Of a stretch of 64,000 bases of DNA, positions 58,647 through 64,000 are shown piece by piece. How positions within the stretch are numbered: the first letter of the stretch is position 1; every line of letters starts with the position of its first letter. Where the stretch lies: the NCBI GenBank assembly GCA_021822495.1, contig JAKAQO010000001.1:264808-328807 (forward strand). Reading direction: 5' to 3'. Made by a program: the position numbers and the translations under genes. The notes under the pieces are model-generated. The model was given only the letters and a program-made list of their open reading frames with translations, had not been told where the DNA came from and did no database searches. Source of the stretch: a bacterium (lineage in GTDB: Bacteria; Elusimicrobiota; Elusimicrobia; UBA1565; UBA9628).

Positions 58647-59958
58647 GGGAATGTCCTCCATGACCCAACGTAAAATAAAACGTGGCGCCCTTGCCGACCT
58701 CTCCCTTGGCCCATATCCGGCCTCCGTGCCGATTAATGACCCGAGAAACAATCGCGAGACCCAGCCCCTCGCCCGGGAAATCCGCCTGGGAGTGAAATCT
58801 CTGGAAGGGATCGAACATTCGGTTTGCGTATTTCATGTCAAAGCCGGCCCCGTTGTCCTTGACGAAAAAGGTCTTTTCTCCGCAAAACCAAACGGGCTCC
58901 TCTCCTATCTCGATTTTGGCGTTTTTTGTTTTCCTTGTAAACTTCCAGGCGTTTCCTATTAAGTTTTCCAAGGCAATCCGCAAAAGCCCTGGGTCTCCTG
59001 CGGCCTCGATATTTCCGGGATCGGGGAAATCAATGAAACGCCCCGGTTCCGCCTCCTTGAGATTTCCCACAATGGAACTCGCCAAGGCCCCGATGTCTAC
59101 TTTCTCATTTTTCAGGTCTCGTCGAGTGATATTCGACAAAGCCAAAAGTTCGTCGATGAGTTGCCCCATGCGCTGGCATCCCAGATGGATCCGATGGATG
59201 TAATCGCGACCCTGATCATCGAGGCGCGAGGCGTAGTCCTCAAGAAGAAACTGTCCAAAACCCGTAATGGCCCGCAAGGGCGCGCGCAAATCATGGGCCA
59301 CTGAATAGGAAAAAGATTCCAATTCCTTGTTGCTCTGCATCAATTTTTGCGTCAGAAGCTCCAAATCGCGATTCAACTCCTCCACTCTCGCTTCTCTCAA
59401 CTTCCGTTTCGTGATATCAGTCAAAACGACAACTCCCCCAACCAGGCGCCCCGCCTCGTCAAAAAGGGGGCGGCCCGTCACGCTGATAAAAAGCCCCTCG
59501 GGGTTCAAATCGTTTTTAATGAAAAACTCGGCCCCGTCGGTCGCCTCTCCACGCAAGGCCCGAGCCATAGGCAAATCCTCGGGCTTGACAAAACTCGTCT
59601 GGTTAGGATAATAGACTCCGTGATTCTCGGCCCATTTATTCGGATAATCCGACAGCTTATTTTCTCCTATCATTCTCAGCGCGGCGGGATTAAAGACCGT
59701 GAATTTTCCGGAGGCGTCGGCGGCGACCACTCCCTCGCCTGTGTTGGTGATAATGGAATTCAATATCTCGGCCTGATCGGCGTTCCTTGATATTTCGTGC
59801 CACAAAAACGCGAGGGTTACCGCGCCCAATAAGATATCCAGTGCGAACATGGCGAAAGCCGCTCCATAGCGCGCGGCCCTGTGGAAGGAAACGCCAAAGC
59901 CCCAACTCAAAACCAAGGAAAGGGCTAGGGAAAAAAAGAGAGATTTCCCTCTTTTCAT
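58606..59958 (-). CDS. Membrane PAS histidine kinase
   Basis: Two TM segments, PAS, SYSVAHDLRAPL, NLIGNAWKF, DNGAGF, GLGLA. Confidence 0.92.
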   Translation of the reverse strand: MKRGKSLFFSLALSLVLSWGFGVSFHRAARYGAAFAMFALDILLGAVTLAFLWHEISRNADQAEILNSIITNTGEGVVAADASGKFTVFNPAALRMIGENKLSDYPNKWAENHGVYYPNQTSFVKPEDLPMARALRGEATDGAEFFIKNDLNPEGLFISVTGRPLFDEAGRLVGGVVVLTDITKRKLREARVEELNRDLELLTQKLMQSNKELESFSYSVAHDLRAPLRAITGFGQFLLEDYASRLDDQGRDYIHRIHLGCQRMGQLIDELLALSNITRRDLKNEKVDIGALASSIVGNLKEAEPGRFIDFPDPGNIEAAGDPGLLRIALENLIGNAWKFTRKTKNAKIEIGEEPVWFCGEKTFFVKDNGAGFDMKYANRMFDPFQRFHSQADFPGEGLGLAIVSRVINRHGGRIWAKGEVGKGATFYFTLGHGGHSHEDETGDHTAGRG

Positions 59959-60073
59959 GAGAAACCCTCCTTTCGCGCCCCGCCAAACCGGAAACCTCCG
60001 CATTCGCTCCCGCGAGGGTCAAACAACGAAAACCTCGCTGGAAACGGATGCGGAGGGACCGCTCCGCCCCGGA

Positions 60074-61624
60074 TCATTCGACGGGAGAAGAGGATTTTCG
60101 AGACGAGGAGATAACCTTCGCCTCAATACTCTCTTCTTCCTTGAACCGGGGCAAAACAAAGTGAACCGCCGTTCCCCGCCCTTCCTCGCTCTCAATCCAG
60201 ATTTTTCCTCCCTGTTGCTCGACAGTTTCCTTGCACAAGGCCAACCCAAGCCCGGTTCCTTTGTATTCCCCTCTCTTGGGGTCTCGGCTGGCCTGCTGAA
60301 ATTTCGCGAAAAGCTTATTGAGAGCTTCCTTGGGAATGCCCTCTCCGTCGTCAATGACGCTGACCTGAACATACTCGCCAGCGGGCAAGGCCGAAACGGG
60401 CTGATTGAGACTACGATGCCCGTAACGATTTCCAATTTCCTCGGAGACCGACCGCGCCTGGATCGTAATGCGGCTGTCGGTAAAGCGCAGGGCGTTCTCC
60501 AAGAGATTGCTGAGGATATGCCTCAGGGATTCGGAGTCCGCGTAGACGGAAGGCAAATTCTCGGACATCTCCTCCTTCACGTCGATGCCGCAATCCTTCG
60601 CTAAAATCCGGAAATCCCCGGCGATATCGCCGATCAAGGAGGCAAGCGAAACCTGCTCCGGGCTAAAAACGGCGTTTCCCGATTCCAAGCGGGACAAATC
60701 CAGCATACTCTCCAATATTTTTTTAAGACGGGCCGACCCCCGGTCCACGAGGCCGACGAGTTCCTGTTGTTTCCGGTTCAGCGCCCCCCCGGCGCCTTCC
60801 TTTAGGAGCCCGACGGCGGTTCTTACCACGGTCACCGGAATGCGCATCTCGTGCGCGACCGAATTCATCAATTCATCCTTCACCTTATCCATCCGCAAAC
60901 GTTCCGCGATCTCGGCCTTTAATTGATCCAATATGCGCGTCCCCGTAACGTCTTGTATCAAGGCCAGGCGCGCTAATGCGCCTTTCCACTGGATTGAGAA
61001 CACGCGGAACTCGAGGGTGCGATCGGGATTTCCCACGACCCGGTTCGGCACCTTGATTTCCACGAACGGATAGGGAAGCGCGTAGAGAAACAATTTCCCG
61101 AGAGATTCCTCCGCCCTGAGATTCAACAAGGACTCCGCCGCCGGATTCATATAAAGGACTTCGTTTTTGGGAGACAAGACGATCGCGCCCTCGACCGCGG
61201 CGGAAAATATTTCCCGCAATTGAACTCCGGCCCGCAAACGCTCCACCGCATAGATAACCGCCTTTTTTAAATCGCGGCCATCGGTTTTTCCCTTGACCAA
61301 ATAATCCTGCGCGCCCTCGGCTATCGCCTGAATCCCTACGTTCTCATCTTCAAGGCCCGTTAAAACGACGATGGGCGTTTCTCCGGCCTGAGCGCGGACG
61401 CCGCGAACCGTTTCTATTCCCCGGCTATCCGGCAACGTCAAATCAAGCAAAATAATGTCCCAACTCTCTTTTGACAGGTCCGTCAAGCCTTCCGCTAAGG
61501 TCTGGGCACAGCGGCATTCAAAGCGAAAAGGGGGTTGGTTAGGGTCGGCCAAAAGCCTGAGCAGAATCAGGGCGTCGTTTTGATCGTCCTCAATAAGAAG
61601 AATTCTAAGGGGTTCTTCGGTCAT
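60074..61624 (-). CDS. Hybrid REC-PAS-histidine kinase
   Basis: REC (LLDLTLPDSRG), PAS, AHEMRIP, NLLENALRF, DDGEGI, GTGLGL. Confidence 0.92.
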   Translation of the reverse strand: MTEEPLRILLIEDDQNDALILLRLLADPNQPPFRFECRCAQTLAEGLTDLSKESWDIILLDLTLPDSRGIETVRGVRAQAGETPIVVLTGLEDENVGIQAIAEGAQDYLVKGKTDGRDLKKAVIYAVERLRAGVQLREIFSAAVEGAIVLSPKNEVLYMNPAAESLLNLRAEESLGKLFLYALPYPFVEIKVPNRVVGNPDRTLEFRVFSIQWKGALARLALIQDVTGTRILDQLKAEIAERLRMDKVKDELMNSVAHEMRIPVTVVRTAVGLLKEGAGGALNRKQQELVGLVDRGSARLKKILESMLDLSRLESGNAVFSPEQVSLASLIGDIAGDFRILAKDCGIDVKEEMSENLPSVYADSESLRHILSNLLENALRFTDSRITIQARSVSEEIGNRYGHRSLNQPVSALPAGEYVQVSVIDDGEGIPKEALNKLFAKFQQASRDPKRGEYKGTGLGLALCKETVEQQGGKIWIESEEGRGTAVHFVLPRFKEEESIEAKVISSSRKSSSPVE

Positions 61625-61670
61625 ACTTTGAGGGTATCAGGAAACGCGCGCGCGCGCAATGAGACGATGG

Positions 61671-62399
61671 TCACCGATAGTCACCGGCGATCGCCGGTCC
61701 CAACCCAGAAGGGCATTTCAATTCATATCCATGGGAAGAAGTCAAAATCCGGTTTTTGGTTTCTGAGTCGCCTAATTCCTCGCGCAGTCTCTGAACAGCT
61801 TTTTTAAGGGCCTCATGGCTTTCGTAGCCTAAATCCATCATCAAATCTTCCCAAAGGACGGGGCCCGAACTGATCGCCAAGCGCTCAAGCAAGGTGAAAC
61901 TTTTCGGCGGCAAGGTCGCGATGAGGCGGCCCTCGACCCAGACGGTCCTCAATTCCGGATTAAGCCGCAAAGAGCCTTTCACGATTTCCTTGGCCGCGGC
62001 CGATATTGGGCGATGAGAACGCCTATTCTCTGAGGAACGCAAGGCGCTCTTAACGCAAGAAACCAAATCGGAAACCGCAAACGGCTTATGAAGATAAAAA
62101 TTAACCTCCAAATTGTCGAAGCGTTTAAGCAAGGAGGGATTGTCCCCGTAAGCTGAAATGACGACGACCGGGGTACGGCGGAAAAAATTATTTTTTCGCA
62201 CCTTTTCGAGCATGGCGACGCCGTCCATAATGGGAAGCATCAAATCGAGAAGCAACAAATCAGGACGGAGAGACAAGGTCTTTTCATAGCCGTCCTGACC
62301 ATTCCAGGAATAATGGATCTCATAGCCGAGACGGAACAAAACATCGCCAATCAAATGCTGCATATCGGGATCGTCCTCGACGCTGAGAATCCGGGTCAT
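61671..62399 (-). CDS. Response regulator with winged-helix output domain
   Basis: VEDD, LLDLMLP, KPF; C-terminal RLREELG..HGY. Confidence 0.85.
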   Translation of the reverse strand: MTRILSVEDDPDMQHLIGDVLFRLGYEIHYSWNGQDGYEKTLSLRPDLLLLDLMLPIMDGVAMLEKVRKNNFFRRTPVVVISAYGDNPSLLKRFDNLEVNFYLHKPFAVSDLVSCVKSALRSSENRRSHRPISAAAKEIVKGSLRLNPELRTVWVEGRLIATLPPKSFTLLERLAISSGPVLWEDLMMDLGYESHEALKKAVQRLREELGDSETKNRILTSSHGYELKCPSGLGPAIAGDYR

Positions 62400-62812
62400 G
62401 GGGAAATTCTCCCCGCGCCTTCTTGGACGCCCGGGCGGGCGGAAATGTCCTCAATTAAGGTCAGACGCGGATCGGAAAGGCCGGGTTCGGAGGGAAAAAG
62501 CGAAATTTTAAGGCAACGGACGCGAATATCCCGCCCCCGTAACTGGCCCGAAAAAGTTACGCTTCTTAAACCCTCGGTTGAGAACCTCAGCGAACAGGCT
62601 TTCGAGCAATCGAAATCTTTTTTAACGAAGAGCTTCCCGCACAAGAGATCGCAGAAAGCCTTCTCTCCGGAAGAATCGGGCAAAACGCCCAAAAATTCTC
62701 TCGACGCGGGATTCCAGTAGAGAACGCGCTCCCCCTCGGAGACGACGACTCCATCCTCGAGGCTCTCAAACAACTCCCCCATATTTTCGAGAAGGTCTTT
62801 GGCGCAAGGCAT
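62396..62812 (-). CDS. Stand-alone PAS-domain protein
   Basis: FESLEDGVVV..VLYWNPASREFLG..CDLLC..C. Confidence 0.75.
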   Translation of the reverse strand: MPCAKDLLENMGELFESLEDGVVVSEGERVLYWNPASREFLGVLPDSSGEKAFCDLLCGKLFVKKDFDCSKACSLRFSTEGLRSVTFSGQLRGRDIRVRCLKISLFPSEPGLSDPRLTLIEDISARPGVQEGAGRISP

Positions 62813-62915
62813 ACGCCCTCCGAACTAAAAACCAAACAGACCGCCAAAAGCGAGTGTAACAGGGCGCTTCTCCTTCGTCAAGACCCAGAAAAGGCCCATT
62901 TGCTAGAATAGCCTC

Positions 62916-63782
62916 ATGATGAATCTTATTTTTTCTCTCGCATTGATACTCCAACCTTCTTTTGCCGCGGTAAAACCACGACGCACTCCCCCGTTTCACA
63001 AAGTCCTCATCGTTATTTTTGAGAACACCAACTACAAAGACGCGGCCAAGCAACCCTTTATGGCTTCTCTTGCTAAAAAAGGGGCTCTCCTTAAAAATTA
63101 TCACGCCGTCACACATCCATCTCTTCCCAACTATCTCGCTTTAACATCGGGAAGCTCCTGGAAAATTAATTCTGATGACGACGTTTCCCTCAACGTCCGC
63201 CATATTGGCGACTTGCTAAATGAAGCCCACAAAAGCTGGAAGGTTTACGCCGAAGCCTATCCCGGAAAATCGGGAAAATGCTTTTTAGGTTCCTATGCCG
63301 GAACCTACGCGCGAAAACACGTGCCCCTGCTGAGCTATCAAGACGTTCAGAAAACTCCGGCTCTCTGCGATAAAATCGTCAACGCAAACGAATTTGCGCG
63401 GGACTTTAAAAAGAAAGCCCTGCCGGATTTCGCGCTCTACATTCCCGACTTAAAGAACGACGCCCACAACACCGACGTCCGCTACGCGGACCACTGGTTT
63501 AAAAAGACGTTTGGGCCGCTATTGACCCACTGGCCCAAAGATGAGCTTCTCGTCTTTACTTTCGATGAGGACGGCTCTTATAATCTCCGCACTCGCGGAT
63601 ATAACAAAAGCGCCAACCGAGTTTTAACCGTTTTATACGGGGCAGGCGTACGCCCTGGCGCGGCTTCCCGAAAGTGGTATGACCACTACAGCCTGCTCAA
63701 AACCGTGGAAGCCGCCTTGGGGCTTAAAAGTTTAGGGCAAAAAGACCAAAGCGCCCGTCCCATTGACGACGTTTGGAAGTAA
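62916..63782 (+). CDS. Exported phosphoesterase (acid phosphatase/phospholipase C family)
   Basis: VIFEN, THPSLPNYLALTSG, YARKH, NDAH, TFDE, YDHYSLLKT. Confidence 0.9.
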   Translation: MMNLIFSLALILQPSFAAVKPRRTPPFHKVLIVIFENTNYKDAAKQPFMASLAKKGALLKNYHAVTHPSLPNYLALTSGSSWKINSDDDVSLNVRHIGDLLNEAHKSWKVYAEAYPGKSGKCFLGSYAGTYARKHVPLLSYQDVQKTPALCDKIVNANEFARDFKKKALPDFALYIPDLKNDAHNTDVRYADHWFKKTFGPLLTHWPKDELLVFTFDEDGSYNLRTRGYNKSANRVLTVLYGAGVRPGAASRKWYDHYSLLKTVEAALGLKSLGQKDQSARPIDDVWK

Positions 63783-63789
63783 CCCCTAA

Positions 63790-64000
63790 TCAGGATTTTG
63801 TCGCAATCAACTGCGGCCAGATAGGTACCAGCGAATTAATGAAGGAATTGGTAATGTCGGTAATCGCGGATAAACGATCCAGCCCCTGATACGTCATCGA
63901 GGCCGACCAAAGAATTTGACCGCTCTGAACATCCACCATGCGAGACACCATCGAAACCTGGGCCGCCGAAGTGACAATTTGAGAGCCTGGAACGCCCATG
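63790..64000 (-). CDS. 3' end of a CsgG/TolB-N-like lipoprotein, partial
   Basis: VSMVSRMVDVQSGQILWSAS motif; frame runs off the window. Confidence 0.55.
   Translation of the reverse strand, partial: MGVPGSQIVTSAAQVSMVSRMVDVQSGQILWSASMTYQGLDRLSAITDITNSFINSLVPIWPQLIATKS

Noticed and set aside
62860-62915. GGCCC near the phosphoesterase promoter as a regulon box
   Set aside because: Half-site only and not at the -50 position
640-63116. Numerous 60-215 aa alternative-frame and antisense ORFs (for example 30521-31042, 46457-46999, 57012-57521, 59957-60604)
   Set aside because: Shadow ORFs inside well-supported genes, with no motifs or initiation signals
1-64000. CRISPR array, rRNA or tRNA genes
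   Set aside because: No regularly spaced repeat-spacer run and no cloverleaf or rRNA signatures noticed; the repeats found are dispersed palindromes

Overview
Bacterial chromosomal window, about 50% GC by eye and densely coding. The gene repertoire and protein style suggest Elusimicrobiota (inference). Housekeeping and metabolic content: DegT aminotransferase, GT4/GT87 glycosyltransferases, acyl-CoA carboxyltransferase, a scattered peptide-uptake set (oppD/oppF, POT transporter, S10 peptidase, two OppA, OppB), a reduced paa-like cluster, crcB with a fluoride riboswitch, nadB, uvrA, korAB-sucCD, nth, pilT, FprA-like reductase, acyl-CoA ligase, glpD-like and a two-component cluster. Main observations: (1) a 907-bp cassette of strong promoter, three-way-junction RNA and DUF3800 (RNase H-like) gene, bounded by a 14-bp direct repeat that duplicates the uvrA start; (2) three predicted secreted-protein genes, two ending in PD-(D/E)XK nuclease-like domains, share a GGCC-N4-GGCC double box starting exactly 50 nt before an apparently leaderless ATG; (3) a GGGGAC(A/T)GTCCCC palindrome inserted in frame in proteins; (4) an internally deleted IS; (5) probable CTG/ATA start codons. 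I saw no rRNA, tRNA or CRISPR array. All calls come from reading the sequence; no searches were run.
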